Source: Escherichia coli | GTDB lineage: Bacteria; Pseudomonadota; Gammaproteobacteria; Enterobacterales; Enterobacteriaceae | Assembly: GCF_011045215.1 (NCBI RefSeq) | Contig: NZ_CP049201.1 | Length of the DNA: 64,000 bases | Direction: 5' to 3' (one strand) | In this document: positions 14,143-24,299 of the stretch, one piece after another | How positions within the stretch are numbered: position 1 is the first letter of the stretch | Layout: every line of letters starts with the position of its first letter | The notes under the pieces: generated by a model | What the model saw: the letters and a program-made list of their open reading frames with translations, nothing else | Databases searched by the model: none | What the model was told of the DNA's origin: nothing | Translations under genes and position numbers: made by a program

Positions 14143-14508
14143 ATGAAAGAGACGAAAAACATCGATACCGAAAACACGGTAGTTACTGACACTGTGAAAG
14201 AAACCAGTGAGCGTGGCGTAAAACTTACCCAACCAATTGAGCGAGGCGGCGAAAAAATCACGTATGTGGAGATCACCGGGGCTATTGAGCAGGCTGGATC
14301 TCTGCGAGATTTGTCGCTGTCTGATGTGCTGAATCTGAAAGCGGAATCCATGTTTACGCTGCTGTCACGCGTGACATCACCGCGACTGGATGAAGTGACG
14401 ATCAAAAAAATGGCATCCCGTGACTTTATTCAGTTATGTGTGGTTGCCGTAAATTTTTTGAGCGGTGCGGACTCTGGCGGGAAGAACGAACAGGCGACGG
14501 AAGCCTGA
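14143..14508 (+). CDS. E: tail assembly chaperone gpE
   Basis: 121 aa ORF immediately upstream of the tape-measure gene; overlapped by a -1 frame extension. Confidence 0.8.
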   Translation: MKETKNIDTENTVVTDTVKETSERGVKLTQPIERGGEKITYVEITGAIEQAGSLRDLSLSDVLNLKAESMFTLLSRVTSPRLDEVTIKKMASRDFIQLCVVAVNFLSGADSGGKNEQATEA

Positions 14509-14672
14509 TCACGGTTGTGTGCTTTGAGCACATAGAAGACTTTGTGGCGGATATTGCCGCCATTTTTAACTGGTCGCCCGCCGAAATCTTCATGATGACG
14601 CCCGGCGAAGTGGTTAGCTGGCGTGAGCGGGCGGCACTTCGCAGCGGGAATGCAGACAATGAAGACTCTTGA
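14436..14672 (+). CDS. E': E' extension, translated as an E+E' fusion by -1 frameshift
   Basis: ORF in the -1 frame relative to E, overlapping the E 3' end and the T 5' end; conserved arrangement in long-tailed phages. Confidence 0.7.
   Translation: MCGCRKFFERCGLWREERTGDGSLITVVCFEHIEDFVADIAAIFNWSPAEIFMMTPGEVVSWRERAALRSGNADNEDS
14454..14460 (+). other. programmed -1 ribosomal frameshift slippery site (TTTTTTG) producing E+E'
   Basis: aaa-ttt-ttt-g within gpE; the -1 frame continues ..FFERCGLWREERTGDG.. to a stop at 14672. Confidence 0.75.
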
Positions 14673-17466
14673 TATCCGGGTCGCTTTCAGCGCCGTTGAC
14701 AGGCTGACCCGGCCTGCCGAAAACGCCCGCCGCCTGATGGGGCAGTTTGGTGACTCCATCCAGCGAACGCAGGGGGCGATCAAAAATCTCGAGCGTCAGG
14801 CGCGTTCATTTGAGCGCGCCCGTGACGCTGTCAGTAAAGCGGATGCTGGCATATTGAAAGCACGACGCCAGCTTAACGCCCTTAATCAGTTACAACGCAC
14901 GGGTACAGTGCTCAGCGAAAAACAACAAAAGCTGATGCAGCAGTTAAGCACCCGGCTTGAACGCCTGAATGAATCGCGCACACGTGAAATTCAGAAAATG
15001 CGGGAGCTTGGCGGAGAGCTGAAACGCCACGGCATTTCCCTGACAGGCAGCGATAACACCATCCAGCAGGCCATCAGACGCACCGAACAGTACAACAACC
15101 AGCTTGAACGCGAACGGCAGGCGCTTGCGCGTGTAACGCGGGCGCGTGAGCGGTATTCGCGCGTGCAGGAAACCGCGGGAAAACTGAAAACAGGTGGTGC
15201 GCTGGCAATTGGTGCGGCAGCGGCGGGCGGCTATGCTGCCGGGCGTTTTTTGCAGCCTGCGATCGGGTTCGGGAAAGAGATGTCCCGCGTTCAGGCGCTG
15301 ACGCGAATCGACCAGAACAGCCCACAGTTTAAGGCGCTGCGTGAGCAGGCGTTAAAACTTGGCTCTGAAACGCAGTTCACCGCTGGAGATGCCGCCAGTG
15401 GACAGGCATTTCTTGCAATGGCTGGCTTCACACCACAGGCCATTCAGGCTGCGCTTCCCGGTGTGCTGAGCATGGCAACGGCTGGCGGTATGGATCTCGG
15501 TGAGACGGCGGATATTGGCTCAAACATCCTGACGCAGTTCGGCCTTTCTGCCGACCAGATGGACCGGGTCGGTGACACGCTCACCGCAGCGTTTACCCGT
15601 ACCAACACTGACCTTCGCGCACTGGGCGAAACCATGAAATATGCAGGTCCGGTGGCGGGCAAGCTGGGAATATCGCTGGAGCAGGCCGCAGCGATGGCGG
15701 GCGTGCTGGCGAATATGGGTATCAGGGGAAGTGATGCCGGGACGGCAATGCGTGCCAGCCTGGCTCGTCTGGCATCACCGCCAAAGGCGGCAGCAGAGGC
15801 GCTGAAAGAGCTTGGTGTGGCAGTCTCTGACGCGAACGGCAAAATGCGCCCGATGGAGGATGTGCTGGCCGACCTTTATAAAGCCACCCGCAAATACGGG
15901 GAAGTTGACCGGGTATCGTTCTTTAAGGACATTGCCGGAGAAGAGGCTTTCACATCGTTTATGGCGCTCGTTGATGCAGCGGGTGACGGTTCCTTACCTA
16001 AACTGAGAAAAGAACTTGAAGGCGCGCGCGGTGAGGCTGAACGCACAGCAAAGGTTATGGCCAACAACCTTGACGGCGATCTGAAATCACTCGGCAGTGC
16101 ATGGGAAGGGTTGCGCATCCGCATTGCAGATCTGATTGACGGTCCGCTGCGTTCTGTCACGCAGTGGCTCACACGGGTGGTATCAAGGGTGACGGCGCTG
16201 GCGCAGGCCCATCCGACACTGACGCGCCAGCTACTGATAGCAGGCGGTGCGTTGCTGGCAATGACTGCAACGGTTGGCTCGTTGTCGCTGGCTATTGGTG
16301 TGCTTGCTGGCCCGCTGGCAAAACTGCGTCTTGGTTTTTCTCTCCTGACCGGATCAATGAATGCTGTCAGGGTCCTGCCAGCACTATGGGGAATGGTGAC
16401 GGGTTCCGTTTCTTTGCTGGGAGGTGCTATCGGGGCGCTGTTCAGTCCGGTTGGTCTTATCGTGGCTGCGCTTGCCGGAGCTGCCGTTCTTATCTGGAAA
16501 TACTGGGATCCCATCAGGGCATTTTTTGCCGGGGTGTTCAGCGGGATTATGGAAAGGCTGATCCCGTTGCGCGAAACCTTTGAACAGTTTGGTCCTGTTT
16601 TTGACGCAATCGGAAGCGGGATCAGCCAGGTGTTTAACTGGTTTAAATCGCTGCTGTCACCGATGGAGTCCAGCAAGGAAACGCTGGATAAATGTACCAG
16701 TGCTGGCGAGATATTCGGTAACGTTCTTGGTGGCGCGTTACAGCTTGTTCTGACGCCTGCAAAAATGTTGCTGGATACGCTGGCGTGGATACTTGAAAAA
16801 CTCGGTGTTCTTCCGGATGAAGCGGAAAGGGCGAGAAAGAAAATCGAAGACGCACAGCGTGCGGCCATTCTTCAGGACAAGGTTGCCTTGCTTCAGGGGG
16901 ACCTGGCGAAAATCAATCCGCCGAAGCCTGTGGAAAATGGCAATGGCACCGGAGGTGATAAACCCAAAGACAACAAACCGCTCACAGACAGCAATACCGG
17001 GACGCTACGCAGACTCAGCAAAATTGCTGATAACACAGGTAAGCTGGTTGATGAGACGAAAAAACGCATTGGCCCCGGCGATATTGTCTTTAAGAACCTG
17101 CCCCGCGCACTTGCTGTTCGTGGGGAGTGGCAGGAGCGGAAGATTGCGCAGGTCAGTAAGCCTGCCCCCGCAATTAATATCACACCCGTGGTCCCGGCTC
17201 CGCTGCCTCCGGCGCTGGTCCCTGTTGTTGCGGCCAGCTCCCGCCCGGTGGCGGAGGCTATACGATCTCCAGTGGCATCAGTTCCTGTAACTTCCCGTAA
17301 CCGGGAGCCTGTTGCCTCCGGATTTGGTGGTGAAATTCATGTTCATCTGCATAACGTTGTTACGCAGAATCCCCGCGAACTGGCGAAACTAGTCGGTGAA
17401 ATGGTCAGGGCAGAAATGGAACGGCGCGCCCGTGCCGGGCGTGGCAGTTTTTACGATAAAGATTGA
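14623..17466 (+). CDS. T: tail tape measure protein T
   Basis: 947 aa, coiled-coil N-terminal region, Gly/Ala-rich hydrophobic middle; position between E/E' and U. Confidence 0.9.
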   Translation: MSGRHFAAGMQTMKTLDIRVAFSAVDRLTRPAENARRLMGQFGDSIQRTQGAIKNLERQARSFERARDAVSKADAGILKARRQLNALNQLQRTGTVLSEKQQKLMQQLSTRLERLNESRTREIQKMRELGGELKRHGISLTGSDNTIQQAIRRTEQYNNQLERERQALARVTRARERYSRVQETAGKLKTGGALAIGAAAAGGYAAGRFLQPAIGFGKEMSRVQALTRIDQNSPQFKALREQALKLGSETQFTAGDAASGQAFLAMAGFTPQAIQAALPGVLSMATAGGMDLGETADIGSNILTQFGLSADQMDRVGDTLTAAFTRTNTDLRALGETMKYAGPVAGKLGISLEQAAAMAGVLANMGIRGSDAGTAMRASLARLASPPKAAAEALKELGVAVSDANGKMRPMEDVLADLYKATRKYGEVDRVSFFKDIAGEEAFTSFMALVDAAGDGSLPKLRKELEGARGEAERTAKVMANNLDGDLKSLGSAWEGLRIRIADLIDGPLRSVTQWLTRVVSRVTALAQAHPTLTRQLLIAGGALLAMTATVGSLSLAIGVLAGPLAKLRLGFSLLTGSMNAVRVLPALWGMVTGSVSLLGGAIGALFSPVGLIVAALAGAAVLIWKYWDPIRAFFAGVFSGIMERLIPLRETFEQFGPVFDAIGSGISQVFNWFKSLLSPMESSKETLDKCTSAGEIFGNVLGGALQLVLTPAKMLLDTLAWILEKLGVLPDEAERARKKIEDAQRAAILQDKVALLQGDLAKINPPKPVENGNGTGGDKPKDNKPLTDSNTGTLRRLSKIADNTGKLVDETKKRIGPGDIVFKNLPRALAVRGEWQERKIAQVSKPAPAINITPVVPAPLPPALVPVVAASSRPVAEAIRSPVASVPVTSRNREPVASGFGGEIHVHLHNVVTQNPRELAKLVGEMVRAEMERRARAGRGSFYDKD

Positions 17467-17472
17467 GGAGTC

Positions 17473-17967
17473 ATGGCCATGATGATGATCTACGGCATGT
17501 TTGTTTTTGAGCTGCGCACGCTGCCGCATCAGCAGTTACAGCAAAACAAAAGCTGGCGGCATGTGAAAAATGAACGCGTTAACCGTTCAGCAAGCTGGCA
17601 GTATATCGGTGCAGGTGATGATCGCATCGTTCTTTCTGGTGTGCTTTATCCTGAAATTACAGGTGGCGAAGTGTCGCTGTCGCTGCTGACCACGCAGGCG
17701 TATACAGGACGACCCTGGCCTTTGATTGATGGTGTCGGGCAGATTTACGGCATGTATGTCCTGACCGGAACGAATACGACCCGTTCCGAGTTTGATCGCT
17801 ACGGTAAGGCGAAAAAGATAGAATTTTCACTGACCCTTGAACGCTGTGATGAGGATTTGCGGGAGCGCCTGCAATCCTCATCGTTCAGTGATATGCTGTC
17901 CGGCTTCAAAGATAAGGTCACATCATCCCTTAACAGCGCGGCCAGCTCCGTTAAAGGGCTGTTTTGA
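17473..17967 (+). CDS. U: tail protein U
   Basis: 164 aa; MMMIYGMFVFELRTLPHQ..SWRH resembles the P2 gpU N-terminus. Confidence 0.85.
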   Translation: MAMMMIYGMFVFELRTLPHQQLQQNKSWRHVKNERVNRSASWQYIGAGDDRIVLSGVLYPEITGGEVSLSLLTTQAYTGRPWPLIDGVGQIYGMYVLTGTNTTRSEFDRYGKAKKIEFSLTLERCDEDLRERLQSSSFSDMLSGFKDKVTSSLNSAASSVKGLF

Positions 17968-17974
17968 TTAACGC

Positions 17975-18004
17975 AAAACCGCTAATGGTCAGATTAGCGG
18001 TTTT
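17975..18004. terminator. bidirectional hairpin terminator between convergent U and invertase genes
   Basis: aaaaccgctaat-ggtcag-attagcggtttt: perfect inverted repeat flanked by an A-run and a T-run. Confidence 0.6.
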
Positions 18005-18611
18005 CATTTTCCTGAGTCTGCCTGGTTGTTTCTTCAGCCTGTATATCGCCTACAGGGTGATAACGATAAATCGTCGATATGCCGATGCCGTAAATGATCG
18101 CCAGTTGTTTCCTGTCATGACCGTTTTTGATCAGCCTTGCTATTTGCTCATGCTGTTCTTTTGTCAGCTTCGGGCGACGTCCGCCTGTGCGCCCCCGTGC
18201 GCGCGCTGCCGCCAGTCCGGCCAGTGTACGTTCAACAATTAATTCACGTTCCATTTCAGCCAGGGCACCCATCACGTGGAAGAAAAAACGCCCCATTGGA
18301 GAAGATGTATCTATGCTGTCGGTCAGACTGCGAAAATTAATCCCTCGCTCCCGTAGTTCTCCGACGAGAGAAATCAGATGTTTCATGCTTCGCCCAAGGC
18401 GATCCAGTTTCCAGACAACCAGCGTGTCACCTTTTTGAAGCCGCTTTAAAGCGCGTTTTAATCCCGGTCGGTCTGTCTTTGTCCCGCTTAATTTATCTTC
18501 AAATATTTGTTCACATCCTGCACAAACAAGAGCGTTTCGTTGCAGGTCTGTATTCTGGTCATTTGTTGATACCCTTACATAACCAATCAGCACACTGAAT
18601 CTCCCGTCCAA
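17994..18611 (-). CDS. serine recombinase, DNA invertase (Gin/Pin/Cin/Hin family)
   Basis: ..LIGYVRVSTNDQNTDLQRNAL.. catalytic-Ser N-terminus and C-terminal HTH; true start may be the GTG at 18593 (GGGAG upstream). Confidence 0.92.
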   Translation of the reverse strand: MDGRFSVLIGYVRVSTNDQNTDLQRNALVCAGCEQIFEDKLSGTKTDRPGLKRALKRLQKGDTLVVWKLDRLGRSMKHLISLVGELRERGINFRSLTDSIDTSSPMGRFFFHVMGALAEMERELIVERTLAGLAAARARGRTGGRRPKLTKEQHEQIARLIKNGHDRKQLAIIYGIGISTIYRYHPVGDIQAEETTRQTQENENR

Positions 18612-18647
18612 AAGCGCAAATCATGCCATGCAGGCCGGAAACGGCCA

Positions 18648-18673
18648 TTATCTAAAACCTCGGTTTACAGGAA
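18648..18673. repeat. gix/hix-like recombination site (left end of invertible segment)
   Basis: Reverse complement reads TTCCTGTAAACCGAGGTTTTAGATAA, close to the remembered Gin gix consensus; inverted copy at 21716..21741. Confidence 0.8.
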
Positions 18674-19618
18674 ACGGTAAATCAGGCTTCTGGCGCATTA
18701 CAGAAAAACCAGAACGGCGCAGATATTCCGGGAAAAGATACCTTCACCAAAAATATTGGGGCCTGCCGCGCATATAGCGCATGGCTGGATATTGGTGGCG
18801 ATAGTCAGGTCTGGACAACCGCGCAATTTATTTCGTGGCTGGAGAGTCAGGGAGCATTTAACCATCCTTACTGGATGTGCAAAGGCTCATGGGCTTATGC
18901 AAATAATAAGGTCATTACAGATACAGGTTGCGGAAATATTTGTCTTGCAGGTGCTGTGGTGGAAGTTATTGGCACTCGCGGCGCAATGACCATACGCGTT
19001 ACCACGCCGAGCACGTCCAGCGGTGGAGGAATTACTAACGCTCAATTCACTTATATTAATCATGGTGATGCTTACGCTCCTGGCTGGCGACGAGACTACA
19101 ACACGAAAAATCAACAACCTGCATTTGCTTTAGGGCAAACAGGAAGCACTGTCGGAAATGATAAAGCTGTTGGCTGGAACTGGAATAGCGGGGTCTATAA
19201 CGCAAATATTGGTGGCGCATCGACATTAATCCTCCACTTCAATATGAATACGGGGAGCTGCCCTGCTGCACAGTTCCGCGTGAATTACAGAAATGGCGGA
19301 ATCTTTTATCGTTCAGCGCGTGATGGTTATGGCTTTGAAGCTGACTGGTCAGAGTTTTACACCACAACCCGCAAACCCTCTGCGGGAGATGTTGGTGCAT
19401 ATACGCAGGCAGAATGTAACTCAAGGTTTATTACAGGTATTCGCCTTGGCGGTCTGTCATCTGTTCAGACATGGAATGGTCCCGGCTGGTCTGACAGGTC
19501 AGGTTATGTCGTTACGGGTTCAGTTAACGGAAACCGTGATGAATTAATTGATACAACTCAGGCAAGGCCAATTCAGTATTGCATTAATGGGACGTGGTAT
19601 AACGCGGGGAGTATTTAA
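18674..19618 (+). CDS. alternative (currently silent) tail-fibre C-terminal exon
   Basis: Frame is open from the crossover site ([22 protein letters not shown]..) with no start codon of its own; would fuse in frame to the H constant region after inversion; listed ORF 18875..19618 is its downstream part. Confidence 0.75.
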   Translation, partial: TVNQASGALQKNQNGADIPGKDTFTKNIGACRAYSAWLDIGGDSQVWTTAQFISWLESQGAFNHPYWMCKGSWAYANNKVITDTGCGNICLAGAVVEVIGTRGAMTIRVTTPSTSSGGGITNAQFTYINHGDAYAPGWRRDYNTKNQQPAFALGQTGSTVGNDKAVGWNWNSGVYNANIGGASTLILHFNMNTGSCPAAQFRVNYRNGGIFYRSARDGYGFEADWSEFYTTTRKPSAGDVGAYTQAECNSRFITGIRLGGLSSVQTWNGPGWSDRSGYVVTGSVNGNRDELIDTTQARPIQYCINGTWYNAGSI

Positions 19619-19620
19619 CG

Positions 19621-20154
19621 ATGATGCACTTAAAAAACATTACTGCTGGCAACCCTAAAACAAAAGAGCAATACCAGCTAACGAAACAATTTAACATCAA
19701 ATGGCTTTATTCAGAGGATGGAAAAAACTGGTATGAGGAACAAAAGAATTTCCAGCCAGACACTTTGAAAATGGTCTATGACCATAACGGCGTTATTATT
19801 TGTATTGAAAAGGATGTTTCAGCAATTAATCCGGAAGGCGCAAGCGTCGTTGAATTACCTGATATTACAGCAAATCGCCGTGCTGACATTTCGGGTAAAT
19901 GGATGTTCAAAGATGGCGTAGTGGTAAAGCGAACTTATACCGAGGAAGAGCAGAGGCAGCAGGCGGAAAATGAAAAGCAAAGCCTGCTACAGCTCGTCAG
20001 GGATAAAACCCAGCTATGGGACTCACAGCTACGGCTGGGCATCATTTCCGACGAGAATAAACAAAAATTAACCGAGTGGATGCTCTATGCGCAGAAAGTC
20101 GAATCCACAGACACCTCCAGCCTGCCAGTAACGTTTCCAGGACAACCAGAATGA
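19621..20154 (+). CDS. tail fibre assembly protein, alternative copy (G'/U'-type)
   Basis: 177 aa, [19 protein letters not shown]..; paralogue of the 20183..20710 product with a diverged C-terminus. Confidence 0.85.
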   Translation: MMHLKNITAGNPKTKEQYQLTKQFNIKWLYSEDGKNWYEEQKNFQPDTLKMVYDHNGVIICIEKDVSAINPEGASVVELPDITANRRADISGKWMFKDGVVVKRTYTEEEQRQQAENEKQSLLQLVRDKTQLWDSQLRLGIISDENKQKLTEWMLYAQKVESTDTSSLPVTFPGQPE

Positions 20155-20157
20155 GAC

Positions 20158-20182
20158 AAGGCCCGCTATCGGGCCTTAATTT
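20158..20182. terminator. hairpin terminator between the two convergent tail-fibre assembly genes
   Basis: aaggcccgctatcgggcctt followed by aatttttatt. Confidence 0.5.
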
Positions 20183-20710
20183 TTATTCAGGCTTTTGTGG
20201 CCATTCAGGATTTGCCGTATCCACACGGCTGACCAGAACACTGTAGCGTTCCCATGACTCCAGTCGTGTGCGTTCCTCATCCGTCGCCATATTCAGCCTG
20301 ACAGCGCGTTCCAGTGGCTGAATAACGCTTTCAGCTTCGGAAAGTAACGCAGCCTTTTGTGATTCGGCCTGTTGTTGTTGCTCGTCTGCCGTATAAATCC
20401 GTTTAACTACAGCTCCATCCTTAAACATCCACTTTCCTGAACCATCAGCGCGGCGGTTGGCTGTAATATCGGGAACCTCAACGACGCTAAAACCTTCAGG
20501 GTTAAGCGTGGAGGCATCTTTAGTAATGGCGACAATAATATTATTTGCATCGTAAACAATCTTTATTGTGTCTGGCTGAAAGTTTTTCACTTCCTCATAC
20601 CAGTTTTTTCCGTCCTCAGAGTAAAGCCAGATAACTCCGTGTTTCTTTGTTAACTCATACTGTTCCAGTGTTTTAGCGTTACCCGCTTTTATGTTCTTTA
20701 AGTGCATCAT
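20183..20710 (-). CDS. G: tail fibre assembly protein (gpG-type), expressed orientation
   Basis: 175 aa immediately downstream of H on the same strand. Confidence 0.85.
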   Translation of the reverse strand: MMHLKNIKAGNAKTLEQYELTKKHGVIWLYSEDGKNWYEEVKNFQPDTIKIVYDANNIIVAITKDASTLNPEGFSVVEVPDITANRRADGSGKWMFKDGAVVKRIYTADEQQQQAESQKAALLSEAESVIQPLERAVRLNMATDEERTRLESWERYSVLVSRVDTANPEWPQKPE

Positions 20711-20711
20711 A

Positions 20712-22874
20712 TTAAACGCTCGCTACATTATACCAGGTGCCATTTATATACTTTTGAACGGGTCTGTAATAAACGCCCGCTATATTATCGGCAGAGTTGG
20801 AGCCTGTATCCTGAACATTAATACCAGACAATACATGACCTGACGGGCACTGGAAATTCCATGTTTGCCAGTTGTTCACTCCATAATATTGCTGTGAACC
20901 AAGTCGAACATCTTTCACATATCTGGAATCAAAATTGCCATAATTGCCGGGAATAACTTGCGCACCGCAAAGCCAGTTCCCGTTATTATCCATGTACGCC
21001 TGACCATCGGTGCCATTGGCTGTCCTTGAGTTATTAATCATGTAGATGCCAAATTGCTTATTTCCCAGACCGCCAATCATAAATTTTCGGTCGGCATGGT
21101 CCTGACGGAGCAAGGCCTGGGCGCTATCAGTGTTAACTATATTTTTCCCAAAGATAGCGTTGTTATCGCGCATCTGAATCCACATACCATTACCGCTGTT
21201 AATAGCAAAACGGTCTGAAAGTGTTTCTCCTGAAACATTAAGGCCACGCCCCATCGAAACAGCGCCAGTAGCGTTATTAATCCATAATGGCCTTAATCCG
21301 TTATAAGTCCCCATGTTGTCACCGGAGTTTGTCAACATGAAGTATGTATTTGAACCATCATTACGAATAAAGAATCCGTAACTACCATAAGCAATACGTA
21401 GGCCGTTTGCTGATTTTGATATGACTTCGCCATTTACAATGGCATTGACAAGAACATACAAAGCATCCCATTTAAGATTCATCAGGTCTTTTGTTGTGGT
21501 GCCTTGTTTGCTTCTCCATTTGAAATATTCATTGCCGTTGTCGCCTGTTTCAAACCACATGTATGAATCAGTATCGCTGTCGGCATCATTTTTAAATCCA
21601 ATCTTTGCCCAGTCAGTATTTCGAATCCAGGCAAGGATTGAGTCGTTTTCAAAAGTAAGTCCACCGGACAAGGTATCGCCTGTCTTTTGAACGGCGTTAC
21701 CAGCCTTGTTTACCGTTTCCTGTAAACCGAGGTATTCGATAACGGCGGCAACGGTCGATTTCGCAAGAATATCCCGCCCAACTTTTGTCAGGGTTGCCAA
21801 GCTGGCAACATCATTCCCCGTAAAATACGGAAACCTGTCTGCCGCAGTAGCAAGCCCGGCCAGCGCCGTCAGGGTGGCATCTTTCGGTTGCTTACCCGCA
21901 AGCGCGTTAGTCATGGTGGTCGCAAAATTCGGGTCGTTGCCCAACGCCGCAGCCAGCTCGTTCAGCGTATTCAGTGCGTCAGGCGACGAGTCCACGAGGG
22001 CAGCGATCGCAGCCATAACATAAGCCGTGCTTGCGATCTGAGTATTGTTAGTACCTTTTGGCGCAGTTGGTGTTGTTGGTGTTCCGGTCAGTGCCGGGCT
22101 GTTTAATGGGGCTTTCTTGTTCGTTTCATCCATTACCGCCTTAACCGCTTTTGGTGTCGCTGCCAGCGTTTCAGACGTGCTGTTGGTTGCACTACTAAGC
22201 TGGACAAGGCCTTTTCGCGTTGTAGTGGCGTCCTGAGCGGTATATTTTCCGTTAGCCAGGTCATACGCGGCCTTTACTGCTTTCGGCGTTGCAGCCTGCG
22301 TTTCAGAATCGTTGTTAGTGGCGCTACTGAGTTGAACAAAGCCTTTTGCGGTCAGCGAGGCATCCGGGTGACGTCGTGACTGTTCATGCTCTTTCAGTTT
22401 GTCATTCACGTAATCCACTGTGGCCATAACCATGGTGTTATCCACGGTAAGCGCCACGGTGGCAGTGCTGGATACGGTCAGAATGGTGCGAAATGTTTGT
22501 GCACGTCCGGACCCTTCGGCAACGGCTGGCTTGTAACTTTCGGCAGTATTGCCCACCGCGATCAAATCGCCGTGCTCATCAAACACACCAATTTCCCGGA
22601 TCCAGAATCCGCCCGTTTCAGGAGGAATAACCAGCTCTGCAATAATGCGGTTCTGATGTGTTGCGTCCAGGATGATGCGATTAACAGTATGTCGCCACAC
22701 CTCATGCACCAGACGGGTCTGCTTACTGTCTGGTGTGGGCAATGTACCGCCACCGTCGCCCACGGCCATATGAGTCAGGCGGACAGGCTTACCATCTGGC
22801 GCGGCTGCCTGAGCTAATTTTTTGGCACCCGTATCGGTGATAACGGTTTTAAATTTTCGTGTTGTGGTACTCAT
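20712..22874 (-). CDS. H: tail fibre protein H (constant N-terminus 22874..21742, variable C-terminus 21715..20712)
   Basis: 720 aa; N-terminus [34 protein letters not shown] resembles P2 gpH; a gix-like site lies in frame inside the gene. Confidence 0.9.
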   Translation of the reverse strand: MSTTTRKFKTVITDTGAKKLAQAAAPDGKPVRLTHMAVGDGGGTLPTPDSKQTRLVHEVWRHTVNRIILDATHQNRIIAELVIPPETGGFWIREIGVFDEHGDLIAVGNTAESYKPAVAEGSGRAQTFRTILTVSSTATVALTVDNTMVMATVDYVNDKLKEHEQSRRHPDASLTAKGFVQLSSATNNDSETQAATPKAVKAAYDLANGKYTAQDATTTRKGLVQLSSATNSTSETLAATPKAVKAVMDETNKKAPLNSPALTGTPTTPTAPKGTNNTQIASTAYVMAAIAALVDSSPDALNTLNELAAALGNDPNFATTMTNALAGKQPKDATLTALAGLATAADRFPYFTGNDVASLATLTKVGRDILAKSTVAAVIEYLGLQETVNKAGNAVQKTGDTLSGGLTFENDSILAWIRNTDWAKIGFKNDADSDTDSYMWFETGDNGNEYFKWRSKQGTTTKDLMNLKWDALYVLVNAIVNGEVISKSANGLRIAYGSYGFFIRNDGSNTYFMLTNSGDNMGTYNGLRPLWINNATGAVSMGRGLNVSGETLSDRFAINSGNGMWIQMRDNNAIFGKNIVNTDSAQALLRQDHADRKFMIGGLGNKQFGIYMINNSRTANGTDGQAYMDNNGNWLCGAQVIPGNYGNFDSRYVKDVRLGSQQYYGVNNWQTWNFQCPSGHVLSGINVQDTGSNSADNIAGVYYRPVQKYINGTWYNVASV
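21716..21741. repeat. gix/hix-like recombination site (right end, inside H)
   Basis: TTCCTGTAAACCGAGGTATTCGATAA; inverted repeat of 18648..18673, differing only near the centre. Confidence 0.8.
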
Positions 22875-22876
22875 GC

Positions 22877-23407
22877 TTAATCGTCCGGATAAATGGTAAT
22901 GACTTCGCCGTCGTAAGTTGCTGCCGCCGCGAAAATATCTCCCTGAATCTCCTGAATGATATTCAGCCCTGTCATGTGGCGGCTGACCGGGCGGGCATCA
23001 GCAATCAACCGCTCCATTTCCAGATACATTTCCTCGGTCACACCACTGTCCAGCGTGCCGACTTCAACGGTAAATGTTCCCGGTTCTCCGCCGAACTCCC
23101 ACCACTCAGACACACGAATGAGGTATCCCAGCGGCTCAATGGCCCGGCGCAGTGCGCTGATGGTCCCTTTGTGTCGGTGTATCAGCCATGCATCACGAAT
23201 CACCTGTCGTTTTGTCTCTTCCGGCCAGTTGCGATCCCAGCGGTCAACGGAAAATGCCCAGGCGAGATAAGGCAGCAGGTGCACCGGGCAGGTGTCCGGC
23301 GACCACAGCGTGTTGAGGTCTACCGGAATGTCTGTAATGCGTGTTCCGACGGCTTCGGCACAACGCATGAAACTGCTGGCTGATGGCGGTAACAGTGAAT
23401 TACTCAT
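22877..23407 (-). CDS. I: baseplate protein I
   Basis: Listed ORF 22877..23440; probable start MSNSLLPP; P2 gpI-like, follows J. Confidence 0.82.
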   Translation of the reverse strand: MSNSLLPPSASSFMRCAEAVGTRITDIPVDLNTLWSPDTCPVHLLPYLAWAFSVDRWDRNWPEETKRQVIRDAWLIHRHKGTISALRRAIEPLGYLIRVSEWWEFGGEPGTFTVEVGTLDSGVTEEMYLEMERLIADARPVSRHMTGLNIIQEIQGDIFAAAATYDGEVITIYPDD

Positions 23408-24296
23408 TGCGCCCACCTTCGCTGATGGTGAATGACTCACAGCGCGCCGCCTGTATGTCGCTGATGGCCATATTCTGTGTGGGTTCGATTATCTCCACGC
23501 GTTGCACACCGTGCACATGCAGTGCGGCAGCAATGGCGGACAACGCCACGTCCTGACCGATAAGCCCCTGCTCAGCCAGCCACTTCCTGAACGACGATTC
23601 CGCCGCCGCCAGAATAGGTTCGGATTCCGGACCGGGGTAAAAGTACAGTTTTGCATTCAGCCGCCATGTCACGATTCTGGCGCTCTGTACGGTCAGGCGG
23701 TCGGCCACCGGGCGGGTATCCTCTGCATTCAGAACGGCGCGAACGGTATTAAGCAACGCCTCCGTTGCTGTGCCGTCGCCTTCAGTGGACAGGATGGAAA
23801 CCGTCACATTTGCCGGAGACGGACTGATAGCCCGCGCATCACGCACCAGACCGCTGGCGCTGCGGGCAAAATACTCGTATGCACCTGACGGGCCAGCAAC
23901 ACTCAGGCCGTCGTACGCCCGTTGCGCCCGCAGTCTCAGCGAGGTGTCGCTTTCCATCACCGCGTCGGTGGTATCCGTTGCCGGAGTGATAACCAGGCGC
24001 TTTGTGTTCATATTGCCCGCGAGGTTGTCCAGGTCTGTCCCGGCGCTGTGGCTTAACATGCAGGCGCGTGCACCCTCGTTAACCCGCTGGCGTAACAGCA
24101 TTTCACGAAACGACATGGTTTGAGCGATAACGTTAAGGGGTTCCGATTCCAGCTCCAGCGCGGCGGAAACGGCTTCACGCTGTTCGGCGGGATAAGCCGC
24201 AATCATCATGGCCTTTGTGTCAGCCAGAATTGCCTCAAAGTCAGGCTCCGCGATGATGGCGGGGTCCGGTAACTGTGAAAGGTCAACGGCGGGCAT
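23400..24296 (-). CDS. J: baseplate assembly protein J
   Basis: 298 aa; P2 gpJ-like in length and position. Confidence 0.85.
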   Translation of the reverse strand: MPAVDLSQLPDPAIIAEPDFEAILADTKAMMIAAYPAEQREAVSAALELESEPLNVIAQTMSFREMLLRQRVNEGARACMLSHSAGTDLDNLAGNMNTKRLVITPATDTTDAVMESDTSLRLRAQRAYDGLSVAGPSGAYEYFARSASGLVRDARAISPSPANVTVSILSTEGDGTATEALLNTVRAVLNAEDTRPVADRLTVQSARIVTWRLNAKLYFYPGPESEPILAAAESSFRKWLAEQGLIGQDVALSAIAAALHVHGVQRVEIIEPTQNMAISDIQAARCESFTISEGGRNE

Positions 24297-24299
24297 GAT

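Larger units (their letters stand above)
18674..21715. other. invertible tail-fibre segment (about 3.0 kb, G-segment-like)
   Basis: Bounded by inverted 26-bp gix-like sites; contains two alternative fibre C-terminal exons and two tail-fibre assembly genes in opposite orientations; invertase gene adjacent. Confidence 0.8.

Noticed and set aside
15876-16868. 330-aa minus-strand ORF inside the tape measure gene
   Set aside because: Antisense to gene T; low-complexity Ser/Ala/Pro-rich translation.
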